A DNA stretch of 64,000 nucleotides from an uncultured Nitrososphaeraceae archaeon (GCA_963779615.1 CAVZZA010000003.1:192001-256000), one strand, 5' to 3'; positions 10,652 to 22,657 are shown, counted from the first letter of the stretch. A program made the numbers and translations. The notes: generated from the letters alone by a model not told the origin.

Positions 10652-11722
10652 TCATTTTGTGTCAGTTTTGTTATTATTTTGGCCAAAGAAATTAGAGAGC
10701 TGTTTTATGACGAACTGCGGCTGCTCCTCTGGAATAAAATGACCTGTGTTTGGAACTTTAATGCCCTCCACATTTTGAGCTAACATCTTCATCCCATACA
10801 CAACACTGGGCATAGTAATATTGCCTCCTAACACCGGAATAAATCCTCCCCCCAGGGCCAAAACTGGCATTGTAAGATTTGTCTTGGAATAATTTTGATT
10901 GTCTATTGCATCCTGCGGAAAAGCCCGATAATACTCAAATCCCGCATGCATCCCTCCTGGAGAGGAATAACGGCTAACGTATTCGTTGATGTCTGCCTGA
11001 GTTATTGCAGATGGATTATACGCAAGACCACGATAGAACCATGACAAGTACGTCATCTCCTTACCCTGTACAAGGTCTTCTGGCACATTTGGTACCTGAT
11101 GGAACAAGCCCCACCATATTGGCGGTCTCCCGGGAGGCCCAAAGCCAGGAATAGTGAGTTCCATAACTGCCAACCTCTTTACTTCCGCATGGTGTGCGGC
11201 TGCGTAAGAATAGGCTACCTGTGTTCCTATGTCATGACCCACCAGGAAAATTGTTTTAAATCCCAGCTGAGCGACTAGTTGATGTATGTCTTCAGCTGCG
11301 GTCTTGCCATCATATCCGGAAGGTGGTTTTGAAGAGTCTCCGAGGCCTCTAAGGTCAGGTGCTATAACAGTATAGTTCTTGGCCAAAGCTGGCATGATAT
11401 TGTGCCATGCATACCATGTTTCTGGCCATCCGTGTAGTAAGACTACAGGATCACCATGGCCTCCAATCACATAGTGCATTTGAATTCCATTAACAGAAGC
11501 CATGTGATGTGAAAAAGTAATGTTATTGACGGTAGAGAAAGAGCCTTGCAAACTGGAGGGGTCTTTTAGGACAAGAGACGTTTGGTTGGCTTGCTGTCCT
11601 TGCTGCGTTTGATTTTGTTGCTCCTGTGCAAATGCAACAGAAAAAAGATTTGCGGTAACACCGTTTGTGATAAGAACAGGAATTATTACTAATGATAAAT
11701 AAAGTAGAGTTTTATTTAACAT
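10652..11722 (-). CDS. Secreted alpha/beta hydrolase, epoxide hydrolase-like
   Basis: Signal peptide MLNKTLLYLSL..FA, Gln-rich linker, HGWP, GHDIG, EYYRA and GHFIPEE. Start moved to ATG 11722. Confidence 0.88.
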   Translation of the reverse strand: MLNKTLLYLSLVIIPVLITNGVTANLFSVAFAQEQQNQTQQGQQANQTSLVLKDPSSLQGSFSTVNNITFSHHMASVNGIQMHYVIGGHGDPVVLLHGWPETWYAWHNIMPALAKNYTVIAPDLRGLGDSSKPPSGYDGKTAAEDIHQLVAQLGFKTIFLVGHDIGTQVAYSYAAAHHAEVKRLAVMELTIPGFGPPGRPPIWWGLFHQVPNVPEDLVQGKEMTYLSWFYRGLAYNPSAITQADINEYVSRYSSPGGMHAGFEYYRAFPQDAIDNQNYSKTNLTMPVLALGGGFIPVLGGNITMPSVVYGMKMLAQNVEGIKVPNTGHFIPEEQPQFVIKQLSNFFGQNNNKTDTK

Positions 11723-12803
11723 TTTTACATTGATAAACGCATTTTTGAAGTATTTAAGATTTTTATTGTCAACTTTACAATAATCACAAAAAAGTTTAGG
11801 GATTATTGAAATATTATGAGTCTTTGTGTCCCCTTCCAAGCCTGCAAGGTACCACAGTCCAGAGTGCTGATGTGTCGATTCTTAAAGTCACCATACTGAT
11901 TGTATTGATGTTCAAATCCTCGAAATCTTTCTAAAACTTCCTCACCATCATATTTATCGAAAAGAGCATGAATAAAAGAATACAAGGGAGATGAGAAAAG
12001 ATGTTCAAGAACATCCTAACAGGCATTTGGAAGAAGCACTGATGGAAAAGTTGGTAGGTGTCGCGGCGGACATTGAAACCCAATTTTTACAATATTTGTT
12101 ATTGTTACTGCATGATGTTGGGTTAGTAGACTCACCACTGGTCTTCGCTGAGCCTATCGAGTTCATCTAGTACCAAGTGAAAGAAGAAAGGATGCCATAC
12201 CAAAGTTTGGTATATTTATGATGGCAAAGGCTACTATAATGGATAAATAAATCAGCTTCGTTATTGAGGCAGAAGAAAGATGATGCTTATTCTTTGAACA
12301 AGAAAAATACTGTTATCATGAATGGAACAAACAAGAGAACTGGCAGGATTATCAAAAAAAGGAACTGAGAGGCAACAATTGGATACCAATACAAAAAACA
12401 CATTAATTTTTGTCAAAAACTCGAGTTATCAATTATTGAATCTATTTTGGGAAATGAAAAATTTTTTAGTGTATTTTTTATCACTCCATTACACTTTACA
12501 ATTATTATTGGTCATTATGGATTATTGCAGAAGAAATAGGATAAGGAATAAACATAAAAGGAATTTAAGATTTTGTCATCAGGTTTTTATTTTGACTTCC
12601 ATACCCAGTACTCTCCAAATCGATAAGGACAAATGTTGGGGGCATTGGCTAGTGTTTTTTAAACAAAGTGGTTGTTGTCTTTGGAAATGTCACCGCATAT
12701 TAGAACGCAGTGATAGCCTATAGGGGTACGGCTAAGCAGATAGACCACAGCACTACTTCAATTGGATTGCAGGCTAAAATCCGACCAGGATTTTATTTTC
12801 AAA

Positions 12804-13067
12804 TTATTTTATGTTGGCCTTTTGCTTAAATCCATCAAGCATTTTGTTGTAGATATCCAACAACTCCTTTCTTGATCCTTGATCCATTTCGTTAATATAT
12901 GTAACAAAAATATCTGTTTCTCTTACAATTCTCTTTATGCTGTCTTCAAGTAAAATTTTTTCGTCTGTGTTTTTTGCTATTTTATATATCAGGTTTAATA
13001 TGTTGTCCTGTATATGTTCCCCCTGAGCAATTGTTCCTTGAGTACTGGAAGATTTTTTACGAGTCAT
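12804..13067 (-). CDS. Small hypothetical helical protein
   Basis: 87-aa ATG ORF with host-like composition; no recognisable motif. Confidence 0.5.
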   Translation of the reverse strand: MTRKKSSSTQGTIAQGEHIQDNILNLIYKIAKNTDEKILLEDSIKRIVRETDIFVTYINEMDQGSRKELLDIYNKMLDGFKQKANIK

Positions 13068-13299
13068 TTGTTATGACTACATTAGACATGAACCAACTAA
13101 TATTGTTTCACATTAAGTTAAGAACAAACATATCTTCAAGAAATGATTTTTTGTTGTTGCTTTGTGTTTGCAGTACATGTATAATTGAGCCCGGGTCTAA
13201 ATCCATAACAAACAAAGCTAGTCTAGAGGAGTATCATATTTTGGTGAAAACAGATGCTGCCCAAAAGACTGGCAACATATTGCTCATCATTCACTCTAA

Positions 13300-13450
13300 T
13301 TGGCATTTTGCATATAATGGGGTTGATTGACTGGTCATGCAGAGACAATTTATCAACAATAACAACTGATCCTACATCATTATCGGACATAAGTTTGGTA
13401 CGCAAAAATATTTTGATTCTGCGCTTCTGTTTTAACATCCCTTCTCATCG
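13300..13450 (-). pseudogene. CBS-domain fragment
   Basis: MRRDVKT..NQNIF, then LMSDNDVGSVVIVD across a frameshift. Confidence 0.5.
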
Positions 13451-13687
13451 TTTTAGGGAAGTTAATAGGTTCCAAAATCATATGGATGCCACATCATCCG
13501 TTATATTTACACCAGACCTTTTAAACTTGGCATCATGAATTGAAAGTTATTTGTGTTTTTTTTTTGAATGTCATTTTATGCAGGCAATTATTTGAGTTAC
13601 AGAGGTTCGTTAATAAAATTTTGGGGATTGAATATTTGGATTACTATTTTCATAAAACCTTTTTAATTTCATGCCAAACTTGAATAC

Positions 13688-15223
13688 ATGGGTTTTGCTG
13701 ATTTAGATGATAAAAGAAAAGAGCATCTTTTGGGAGGCGGAAAAGAAAAACAAAAAGAGCAAAGAAAAAACGGAAAGATGACTGCGTTTGAAAGAATTAG
13801 CACATTATTTGATGTGGGAAGCTTTGAAGAAACAGATGCTTTTGTGACGCATGATTGCCATGATTTTGGAATGGAAGGTAAAAAGACTCTCGGTGATGGT
13901 GTTGTTACCGGATATGGAACAATAAACGGTCGCCTTTTTTATACATTTTGCCATGATTTTACGGTTTTTGGCGGATCTCTTGGGCTACATTTTGCAAACA
14001 AAATTTGCAAAATAATGGACCATGCTTTGAAACAGGGCGCACCAATAGTAGGCATAAACGACTCAGGAGGAGCAAGAATTCAAGAGGGGGTTGAGAGCCT
14101 TGGGGGGTATGCGGAGATATTTCAAAGAAATGTCAGGGCCTCTGGGGTAATTCCCCAAATATCGCTAATAATGGGTCCTTGCGCTGGAGGCGCGGTTTAT
14201 TCGCCAGCAATAACCGATTTCATAATCATGACAAAATCTGCATACATGTTTGTCACCGGACCTGACGTAGTCAGGGAAGTCACAAATGAAAATGTTACAC
14301 ACGGCGAACTTGGAGGCGCAATAACCCATAATGAAAAGAGCGGGGTTGCGCATTTTCTCGCAGAGGATGAAATCGACTGTTTTAACATCTTAAGAAGACT
14401 TGTCTCTTTTTTGCCTTTGAATAACCTGGAAGTGCCGCCCAAATTAGCCGCAGGCGATGATGCCAACAGAAAGGATGAAAGCCTCAATTCGATACTTCCT
14501 GCAGATTCGCACAAACCATACAACATCAAAATCATAATAGGGGCAATTGTGGACAATGGAGACTTCCTTGAGGTTCAAAAATTTTGGGCGCAGAACATAA
14601 TCATAGGCTTCGCAAGGCTAGATGGCAATTCTGTTGGGATTGTAGCAAACAACCCGGAAGTTTTGGCTGGTGTTCTTGACATCAATTCATGCGACAAAGC
14701 AACAAGATTTATAAGGTTTTGTGACTGTTTTAACATCCCCCTCATTACCTTGGTGGATGTGCCTGGCTTTCTTCCGGGAACAGATCAAGAGTGGGGAGGC
14801 ATTATAAGGCATGGCGCAAAGTTTTTGTATGCATTTTCTGAAGCCTCGGTGCCAAAACTTACAGTAATCATAAGAAAAGCATATGGAGGAGCTTATTGTG
14901 TTATGAATAGCAAGCATATAGGTGGAGATTATAATTTCGCATGGCCAAATGCAGAAATAGCCGTAATGGGAGCTGAGGGTGCATGCAACATCATCTTTAG
15001 AAAAGAAATCGCCAATTCCAAAAATCAGGAAAAAAAAAGAGCAGAGCTTGTAACGGGCTATAGAAAAAAGTTTTCCAATCCCTATATTGCAGCAGCCAAG
15101 GGCTATATTGATAATGTGATTGAACCCAAGGAAACTCGTGAGAAGTTAATTTCCGCTTTAAAATCCATATACAGAAAAAGAGAAGATTTGCCCAAAAGAA
15201 AACATGGCAACATTCCGGTTTAA
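13688..15223 (+). CDS. pccB: Acyl-CoA (acetyl/propionyl-CoA) carboxylase, carboxyltransferase subunit
   Basis: [49 protein letters not shown] and KHGNIP. Confidence 0.93.
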   Translation: MGFADLDDKRKEHLLGGGKEKQKEQRKNGKMTAFERISTLFDVGSFEETDAFVTHDCHDFGMEGKKTLGDGVVTGYGTINGRLFYTFCHDFTVFGGSLGLHFANKICKIMDHALKQGAPIVGINDSGGARIQEGVESLGGYAEIFQRNVRASGVIPQISLIMGPCAGGAVYSPAITDFIIMTKSAYMFVTGPDVVREVTNENVTHGELGGAITHNEKSGVAHFLAEDEIDCFNILRRLVSFLPLNNLEVPPKLAAGDDANRKDESLNSILPADSHKPYNIKIIIGAIVDNGDFLEVQKFWAQNIIIGFARLDGNSVGIVANNPEVLAGVLDINSCDKATRFIRFCDCFNIPLITLVDVPGFLPGTDQEWGGIIRHGAKFLYAFSEASVPKLTVIIRKAYGGAYCVMNSKHIGGDYNFAWPNAEIAVMGAEGACNIIFRKEIANSKNQEKKRAELVTGYRKKFSNPYIAAAKGYIDNVIEPKETREKLISALKSIYRKREDLPKRKHGNIPV

Positions 15224-15402
15224 TTAGCAATATGCAACATGCGGACAATAAACAATCCGGTTTGAGAGCCCTTACCCAAATAGTGGGACATTGCCATAAA
15301 AAGTATTTGCAATTTGTTAACCAAAGTCATTCTTCAAGATGCAATGAAAATTCAATCAATGTTCTTATTTTTAGTTTTTTGAATGATCTAATTTTAATTC
15401 CA

Positions 15403-16914
15403 ATGTGCCTATTGATTTCACGTTTGCAAAAAGTTCTCATAGCTAACAGGGGAGAAATTGTAATAAGAATAGCAAATACGTGCAAAAGACTAGGGTTTGT
15501 CCCCTGCGGAATATATTCTAATGCAGATAAAAACGCACTCCATGCAAAGCATTGTAAAGAGACAGTTGATATTGGCGGGGACCTTCCCCATGAAAATTAT
15601 CTTGATATGCACAAGATAGTTGATGCGGCAAAAAAAATGGATTGTAGTTTTATACACCCGGGGTATGGTTTTTTATCAGAAAAATCCGAATTTGCCCAAC
15701 TTTGTGCCGATGAGGGGTTTGTTTTTATTGGACCTTCCCCTAATGTCTTGGAACTTTCAGGAAATAAGGTGTTGGCAAAACAAGTAGCTTCGGCTTTTGC
15801 GCCAGTAGCGGAAGGAAAGGAAATATCCAATCTGGATGAGGCATTGGAGCTTGCGGATAGGATTGGATACCCCGTAATTTTAAAGGCAACAAAGGGAGGA
15901 GGAGGAAGAGGCCTTAGAACAATAAACACCCCCTCCGAGCTAAGAGACTCATTCAATACCTCCAAAAAAGAAGCAACAACAAGCTTTGGGTCCGACAGGG
16001 TCTATATTGAAAAATACATTGAAAATCCAAGACACATCGAAGTCCAAATACTTGCAGACAAATCACACATAATACACCTTGGGGAAAGAGAATGCTCCAT
16101 TCAAAGGCGCCATCAAAAGCTAATTGAGGAGACCCCATCTCCTGCTTTGACTGAGGAAACCAGGAGTGGGTTGACAAGGACGGCAACTGTGATTATGAAA
16201 GAAATCAAATACGATAACGCAGGGACAGTGGAATTTCTTTTCAAAGACGGAAAGTTTTACTTCATGGAAATTAATTCCAGAATTCAGGTCGAGCATCCAA
16301 TAACAGAAGCAGTTACTGGAATTGACATAGTTGAGCAGCAACTCAATATCGCCGCTGACAAAGGACTATCCTTAGGACAAGACGAGATAAAGAACAAGGG
16401 ACATGCGATTGAATGCAGAATAAATGCAGAAAATCCGTTAACATTTGCCCCCTATCCCGGGTTAGTCAAAAAGTTTCTTCCACCAAAGGATAATAGCATT
16501 AGAATAGATAGTTCTCTGTATTCGGGATATGCCGTACCCCCTTTTTATGACTCGTTATTAGCTAAAGTAATTTCCATTGGAGAAAGCAGAAAGGATTCCA
16601 TAGAAAGAATGAGGCATGCACTCCTAGCATTTAGAATTTCAGGAATTCCCTCTACCATACCATTTCACCTATCTGTCCTAAATGATAATCGATTTTTGGA
16701 TGCAGACTACAATACATCGTTTATTGATGGTCTAAGGTACTATTCGGATAGGGATTGTGAAATAGCGGCTGCAATATTTGTCCGTTTGCCTAAACGAATC
16801 CAATACCTTCTAAAAAAAGACGAGAAGGACCCTTGGCTTGAGAGTAGATGCAACTCCCATATCAATTTTGAGAGAACTTTTTATTTTAATAACATGATGA
16901 GATGGCTCAATTGA
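15403..16914 (+). CDS. accC: Biotin carboxylase subunit
   Basis: KVLIANRGEI, IHPGYGFLSE, GGGGRG, RECSIQRRHQKLIEE, EINSRIQVEHP and YDSLLAK. Start trimmed to ATG 15403. Confidence 0.93.
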   Translation: MCLLISRLQKVLIANRGEIVIRIANTCKRLGFVPCGIYSNADKNALHAKHCKETVDIGGDLPHENYLDMHKIVDAAKKMDCSFIHPGYGFLSEKSEFAQLCADEGFVFIGPSPNVLELSGNKVLAKQVASAFAPVAEGKEISNLDEALELADRIGYPVILKATKGGGGRGLRTINTPSELRDSFNTSKKEATTSFGSDRVYIEKYIENPRHIEVQILADKSHIIHLGERECSIQRRHQKLIEETPSPALTEETRSGLTRTATVIMKEIKYDNAGTVEFLFKDGKFYFMEINSRIQVEHPITEAVTGIDIVEQQLNIAADKGLSLGQDEIKNKGHAIECRINAENPLTFAPYPGLVKKFLPPKDNSIRIDSSLYSGYAVPPFYDSLLAKVISIGESRKDSIERMRHALLAFRISGIPSTIPFHLSVLNDNRFLDADYNTSFIDGLRYYSDRDCEIAAAIFVRLPKRIQYLLKKDEKDPWLESRCNSHINFERTFYFNNMMRWLN

Positions 16915-17345
16915 AGATCAAGGTTAATGAAGCAGAATACGACATAGATATCTTTGGAGATAAAGCAATTATAGATGGCAGGGAGACAGCAATAGAAATA
17001 AAAGACGACAAGATCATCTTCGGGAATAAAGAATTCTGTCTTGACTTTTATGACGAACAGGAAGAAGAGTCATTATTAATTATAAACGGGTTGGCTTTCA
17101 TAGTGTCCAAAAAATCCCCGGACTATCAGACAGCTAAAGAAATAAAAGCCCCTATGAGCGGCCAAGTTTCTGAAATATTAATCCAAATCAATTCCAAAAT
17201 AGAAAAAGGACAGGGTCTTGTTGTTTTAGAAGCGATGAAAATGTTCAACGAGGTAAAGTCACCGGCAAAAGGAATCATAAAAGATGTCCTTGTGCAAAAA
17301 AACCAAGCAGTAAAGGCTGGAGAAATTATGTTAACTTTAAAGTAG
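16902..17345 (+). CDS. accB: Biotin carboxyl carrier protein
   Basis: APMSG and EAMKM biotinylation motif; overlaps the accC stop. Confidence 0.92.
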   Translation: MAQLKIKVNEAEYDIDIFGDKAIIDGRETAIEIKDDKIIFGNKEFCLDFYDEQEEESLLIINGLAFIVSKKSPDYQTAKEIKAPMSGQVSEILIQINSKIEKGQGLVVLEAMKMFNEVKSPAKGIIKDVLVQKNQAVKAGEIMLTLK

Positions 17346-17624
17346 CAGTAACTTTATCATAATCACGCACAAGAAAACAACCATCAGATGCTTTTTGCAG
17401 TTTTCTTATCCTTCCTGACTGACTGGTAAAGCGTGTTTATGTATAATAGATCCCTTGCATAATGAGCAATGCCGGAAAAATATCCAAAACAATGCTGTTT
17501 ATTGACTGGAATTCAGACTTGATATTGTAAATACTATTTAAAAGTGCAAGAAATTTGCAGAGTTGTGGTCGCTCTCTAATTACGCAAGGGATCTAATGAT
17601 GCATCACTCACTCCTTTTGATAGC

Positions 17625-18539
17625 CTATGTTGTATAGACCCTGTAAAGCGAATTATTCTCATGGTCAATGTATTTCCATTGGTTTTCGTCAAAGTGCATT
17701 AAATGAAATCGTGTTTGTGTGGACGGGTGAAGGAGTTTGAACACATTGTTTCCAACGGATATTTTATTTGGCCCTGTTAAGGAAGTCATCTTTGCTGCTA
17801 CATTCATAGGATACCCAATCAAATCAATCGGCGCGCTTTTGTCAAATCCATATTGGATGGCAACATTTTCTCCTTCGTCTATGCCTATTTTGACAGCCAG
17901 TTTGGGATAACCGTCTTTTTCAAAAATAGGGTTTATGCCATTTTCTATCACATCAATCATGGATTCCGCACACCGAAATGATTTGTCGCATGCAAGATAC
18001 TTGTTAAAACCGATATGAAAAAATGCAATGACTGCATCACCAACATATTTCAAAACAAGCCCTTCATAACTTTCGACAACTGAAGATATCTCATGTGAAA
18101 ATGCTTTTATTATTTTAGCCATCTTTTCTACAGGTAAATTCATGCTCATCCTTGTGGACCCTACCAAATCTGCATACATCACAATAAGGGAAAGTTTTGA
18201 GTCAACGTGGTTAAGCAGGAAATTTTGTCCTCTTTTTATGGATGTGTTGTATTTATAGCGTTCATGCAAAACACTCCAAATTCTATCTTGCCTTTGTGTG
18301 AGTAGAGTTTGCAAGTCAAAAATTTCCCTATTTTCCTTATGGGAGCTGCTTCTGCTGACATGTTCAATATTGCCATACGTGCTGTTATCCCCATCCATCA
18401 TCTTATCCACTATTGTTTCCTTGATACCATTATCCCGATCGTTATCTTCGTTTGCAAGGCTTGCTGCCTTTACTTTGGCGTTTCTTCTGCCAAGCATAAT
18501 CTCCTCATTCGGATTTTCATTTTCTACATCCCCATCCAT
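17625..18539 (-). CDS. Class III adenylate/guanylate cyclase domain protein
   Basis: YADLVGST, KYVGDAV, IGIDEG and DLIGYPMNVAAK. Confidence 0.88.
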   Translation of the reverse strand: MDGDVENENPNEEIMLGRRNAKVKAASLANEDNDRDNGIKETIVDKMMDGDNSTYGNIEHVSRSSSHKENREIFDLQTLLTQRQDRIWSVLHERYKYNTSIKRGQNFLLNHVDSKLSLIVMYADLVGSTRMSMNLPVEKMAKIIKAFSHEISSVVESYEGLVLKYVGDAVIAFFHIGFNKYLACDKSFRCAESMIDVIENGINPIFEKDGYPKLAVKIGIDEGENVAIQYGFDKSAPIDLIGYPMNVAAKMTSLTGPNKISVGNNVFKLLHPSTQTRFHLMHFDENQWKYIDHENNSLYRVYTT

Positions 18540-18976
18540 AAAAAGACTAGATTAAAAATATGTACTTAATGGTTTTTTGTATTTAGGTTTGAATAACATT
18601 CCTGTCTCCTTAACACTGAACATATGGACTGGAGAAGATACATTTCCATGGTGCTGTCCAAAATAAGCAGCATAAAAACTTCCAAATATAAACATGCATT
18701 ATGCATCCAGTATAGAAGCATTTTCCAGTGTCTTTCCTAAGGAAAGACATCCCGACAATTGTCCTGCTTTGCAAAACGCAATCATCCACCCATTATGTAT
18801 TTAACATGTTTCTTGGCACAACCTTAAATCATCTGATCAGGAACCAAAAACGTCATGAATTTATTCTCAGGATCCCAACACTGCAGAAGTTAGCACAAAT
18901 TTTCAAAAGTCTTGCTTGACAGACGCATATTGAAAACACTAAAAAGGACAACCTTTTTGCTTTAGTCATACCTACT

Positions 18977-19597
18977 ATGCCCCCTAACGTGTTTACCCCC
19001 AGAATCAAGTTAGAGTATGTAATATCATTTAGTGACGCAGTATTTGCATTTGCAATAACATTTATGGCTTTAACAATCGATATTCCAGAACTTACGCCGA
19101 ACCTGACGCAATCCCAACTCACCCAAAGATTAATTGACATGTATCCGCAGGTTGAAAGCTATTTTCTTAGCTTTTTTGTTATTGCCATATTTTGGTTATC
19201 CTACCATCATGTCTTTAACCACATTAAAGACTCTCACATCTCCATGGTCTACCTGAACTTGTTGTTTCTTTTTTTAATTACTCTTTTGTCGATATCAACA
19301 TCTTTGGTCATAACTTTTAACTCCTATCAAATATCCTATTTGATTTATTCATCTGTCGTAATAGTCGCCAGCTTATTGCTTGTCATAATTTGGCGGTATG
19401 CCACAAGCAAATTCAAATTGGTGGACGATAACCTAAACCCTTTATTTATCAAAGGGGTGCTGATACACCTCCTCATTATTCCTTTAGTTTTTTTTGTTTC
19501 CATGTTAATATCGTTTATAAATTTGGATATTGCGCAATACTTTTGGTTGGTGATAGCTCCCCTAAATATATACACAAGACACCGGTTCAAACACTAG
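18977..19597 (+). CDS. TMEM175 (DUF1211) family potassium channel
   Basis: SFSDAVFAFAITF, FWLSYHHVF and about 6 TM helices. Confidence 0.88.
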   Translation: MPPNVFTPRIKLEYVISFSDAVFAFAITFMALTIDIPELTPNLTQSQLTQRLIDMYPQVESYFLSFFVIAIFWLSYHHVFNHIKDSHISMVYLNLLFLFLITLLSISTSLVITFNSYQISYLIYSSVVIVASLLLVIIWRYATSKFKLVDDNLNPLFIKGVLIHLLIIPLVFFVSMLISFINLDIAQYFWLVIAPLNIYTRHRFKH

Positions 19598-19853
19598 TAA
19601 TTCGGGTTGTTCTGAGCATCCATGGCCTTCAGTAAAGCGTCAATTTTGCAATTTATTAATCGGGTCAAAAAAAAGACCAGGAAAGAGGAAAGAATCTCGA
19701 AATTTTAGCGCCACTCGCCTTTACACCACATGGCGATGCGAGAATACATATTATACGGATGGATGGGCCAATCCAACATCACGGTTATTTTTTTAACATC
19801 ATTGTTCAGTAAGAGCAGAAAGATGTGACATATAAAAACAATCATAGGGAATA

Positions 19854-20276
19854 ATGCTTATGAGCCAAAAAGAAAATAATTTGGACAATCCCTCAATAAG
19901 AAGCCTTTTTGAGAACAAGAATTTTGCTTTTGTAGCGACATCCATGAAAGATGGATCTCCCCAAATAACTCCCACCTGGGTGGATATAGAGGGCAGCCTC
20001 ATCCTCATTAACACCGCATTGGGAAGATTAAAGCAAAAGAACCTAAGAAGGGATCCAAGGATTGCAGTGGCAGTGGCAGACAATAACAATCCTTATGAAA
20101 TGGTTACAGTTAGGGGGGAAGTAGTTGAACATGTCACTGGCGAGGCCGCTGAGACCCATATAGACAAGTTGGCGAAAAAATATATCGATAAAGACAAATA
20201 TCCCGGAAGAGCCCCAGGCGAAAAAAGAGTTTTGTTAAAGATAAAGCCCATAAAAATATTCCATATGAAACAGTAA
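19854..20276 (+). CDS. PPOX-class, probably F420-dependent, oxidoreductase
   Basis: FVATSMKDGSPQITPTW, KQKNLRRDPRIAV and IDKLAKKY. Confidence 0.9.
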   Translation: MLMSQKENNLDNPSIRSLFENKNFAFVATSMKDGSPQITPTWVDIEGSLILINTALGRLKQKNLRRDPRIAVAVADNNNPYEMVTVRGEVVEHVTGEAAETHIDKLAKKYIDKDKYPGRAPGEKRVLLKIKPIKIFHMKQ

Positions 20277-20598
20277 CAAACCCATCAATAGAACAAGTGT
20301 CCCCGCTTTTGATGTGATGAAAAGGGGTTTGAAGTGTTAGCAATGACATGGAAACAGTAACAAAAATCAGCATGTTCCACAACTTCCGACCATATTAATG
20401 CCTGTTGCATAAACCTTGACGAAACAGAATCGAGAATACAATCCATTTCAAAAATAGGAAAAAAAAGAAAACAAATGGTTTTAGTGGAAACAGAGAGCGG
20501 ATCACCAAAACATTAAAATCTAAAATCTTGACGAAAATCCAAAATCATGTTTTCCTAAAGAGAAGGAAAAAATAAAAGTTTAACAAAAAAAGAATGAA

Positions 20599-21852
20599 AT
20601 GTCAAAAGGTTTGGTAAAAAACAATCATATAATAAAACCGTTTATCATATCTGCGATAATTTTCATTTTTGTTGGGTCATTCATTGGGTCCATGTGGTTT
20701 GCGTCTATTTTAAGGGTAAACATTCCCTTATTTGACGGATCCATCTTTAACCTACATCGCATGTTTCAGGTAGAAAGCGGCCTCACTCTTTTAATCATGG
20801 GGATAGGGTTTATAATTGTACCCCGCTTTAGGAATGTTCCTATGGGCTCACCCACAATGATTAAAATTTCTTTTCTGTCAATCATTGTTTCTGCCTTTTT
20901 GTCAATTGTTTCCGCAATCAATATGCATGAACCTACAATGAATGAAAAAATCCTATTCATCTCCGAGCTCTTTAGGATTTTTGGAATATTGCTGTTTGTG
21001 GGAAAAATAATTGATACGCTAAAAGTCAAACCAAAACTATTGAGGACTGCGGATTATTTCATAGGATTTTCTTCCATATGTTTATTGACAGTATCAATCT
21101 TAAATGTATTCAAACCAAATGACAATTCATTAACGGACATAGAAATTCAGCTATTGTTTCCCCTCATAATGATATTTGGAATAGAATATAAAACATTGCC
21201 TTCATTTTTGGGATTTATCAGGCCCAGGAACAAACTGGGCGTATTGTCCTTATTGTTTCTAATTGCCGCTTTCATTTTGGGGATTGCTACAAGGCTCCGC
21301 ATCAACGATGATGCACTGTTGCCGATTTTATTTAACCTGTTTTTGATATTTTCATCAATAACCTTCAGTGTTTCTATTTACCTGTACAGCAATTACGAGT
21401 ACAAAAAATACATTCTCCGGTCTCCGACAGACAAAAGGGAACGATATCTTTACACCCTATATCACACAAGAATTTCCTTTTGTTTTTTATGTCTGGGGGC
21501 CTTTTTGGGAATTCTGTATCACATGTTTGACAAAAAGTTTATTTTTTATGACCTGTCCATTCATTTTACCGCAATAGGGTTTATAGGAATCACCATCGCC
21601 TCATACCTTCCAATGATGCTTGCGCCGATTTTGGGGAAACCGATTGTTTTAAAAAAATTTAACAGAATACCATTGATTATTATAACAACATCATTATTGA
21701 TAAGAACCACAGGAATGGCATACATATCCTATTTTGATAGCAATGGCTTTTCCTTATTGCATGCATTGACAGGCATATCTGGCTTTTTGATTCCAATGGC
21801 CATAATAGTTTTCATCGTGGCATTGTACAAATCAATCAAACTAAACAAGTAA
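20599..21852 (+). CDS. Polytopic membrane protein, NnrS-like
   Basis: 417 aa with about 12 TM helices; LHRMFQ..VPRF and HFTAIGFIG segments recall NnrS. Confidence 0.65.
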   Translation: MSKGLVKNNHIIKPFIISAIIFIFVGSFIGSMWFASILRVNIPLFDGSIFNLHRMFQVESGLTLLIMGIGFIIVPRFRNVPMGSPTMIKISFLSIIVSAFLSIVSAINMHEPTMNEKILFISELFRIFGILLFVGKIIDTLKVKPKLLRTADYFIGFSSICLLTVSILNVFKPNDNSLTDIEIQLLFPLIMIFGIEYKTLPSFLGFIRPRNKLGVLSLLFLIAAFILGIATRLRINDDALLPILFNLFLIFSSITFSVSIYLYSNYEYKKYILRSPTDKRERYLYTLYHTRISFCFLCLGAFLGILYHMFDKKFIFYDLSIHFTAIGFIGITIASYLPMMLAPILGKPIVLKKFNRIPLIIITTSLLIRTTGMAYISYFDSNGFSLLHALTGISGFLIPMAIIVFIVALYKSIKLNK

Positions 21853-22657
21853 GCATGAAAAAAACGGTATCATTTTCAAGGGGCCATAAGTACAAATGGT
21901 ACCTAATTAGGAAATGCCATAGCACTGCAACCGGTTCGGTGGTCAAGGAAGCGGTGACTGCCATTCTCATGCATTCTCTAAACGGCAACTCCACCGTTGT
22001 AGGGGTATTAAATGGCGGCACTGATTTCAACGTTTTAAATAAAGAACCTCAGTCATTTAGTGTCACAGAAACCACAATGACATCCGCAGCAGCAACAGCC
22101 GGGGACCTCAAACGTGTTGTTTGTGCAGACAGCAATGGACAAAAACTGGCAGATTCTGATGCAAGCAAAAGTAAAACTCAAGTCTTTTGCAAATCCGAGT
22201 AGTTTCAAGAATGCCATAAATGGAGGGACCGGATTAACGACAAGTAACATAGACAATGAAAATACGGTAGTAACATACCGGCCAACCAATGCATTACCTA
22301 ACACTATATGCTGTTCCTTTTGATCCAGCCACAAGTACCAACATTTCTTTCTTTGATTGACTATAATCCTTTTTTGCATGTAAGGCGAAAGGCAAACCGA
22401 AAAAATAAATAAATCGCAAAAAACAAATGTCTTGCACTTATCATTTCTCTTAATCTTCCGCCTATCAATTCTGGCTCCATGTAAAAATATATGGAAAATG
22501 ACATCATTGTCGCATGCCTAGATAATTGTAGTTATTATGTCCCATTGAGATCCATTCCTTTTTGTAGGTTACAATAACAAAAAAAGGTCCTTAAGCGGAC
22601 AAAGCCAGTTACAAACATGCAGCAATGCGCCAAATAATTGAGTTTTTCTAAAAGCAC

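Noticed and set aside
21855-22323. Two overlapping plus-strand ORFs after the NnrS-like gene
   Set aside because: Probably a frameshifted relic, but no family could be recognised.
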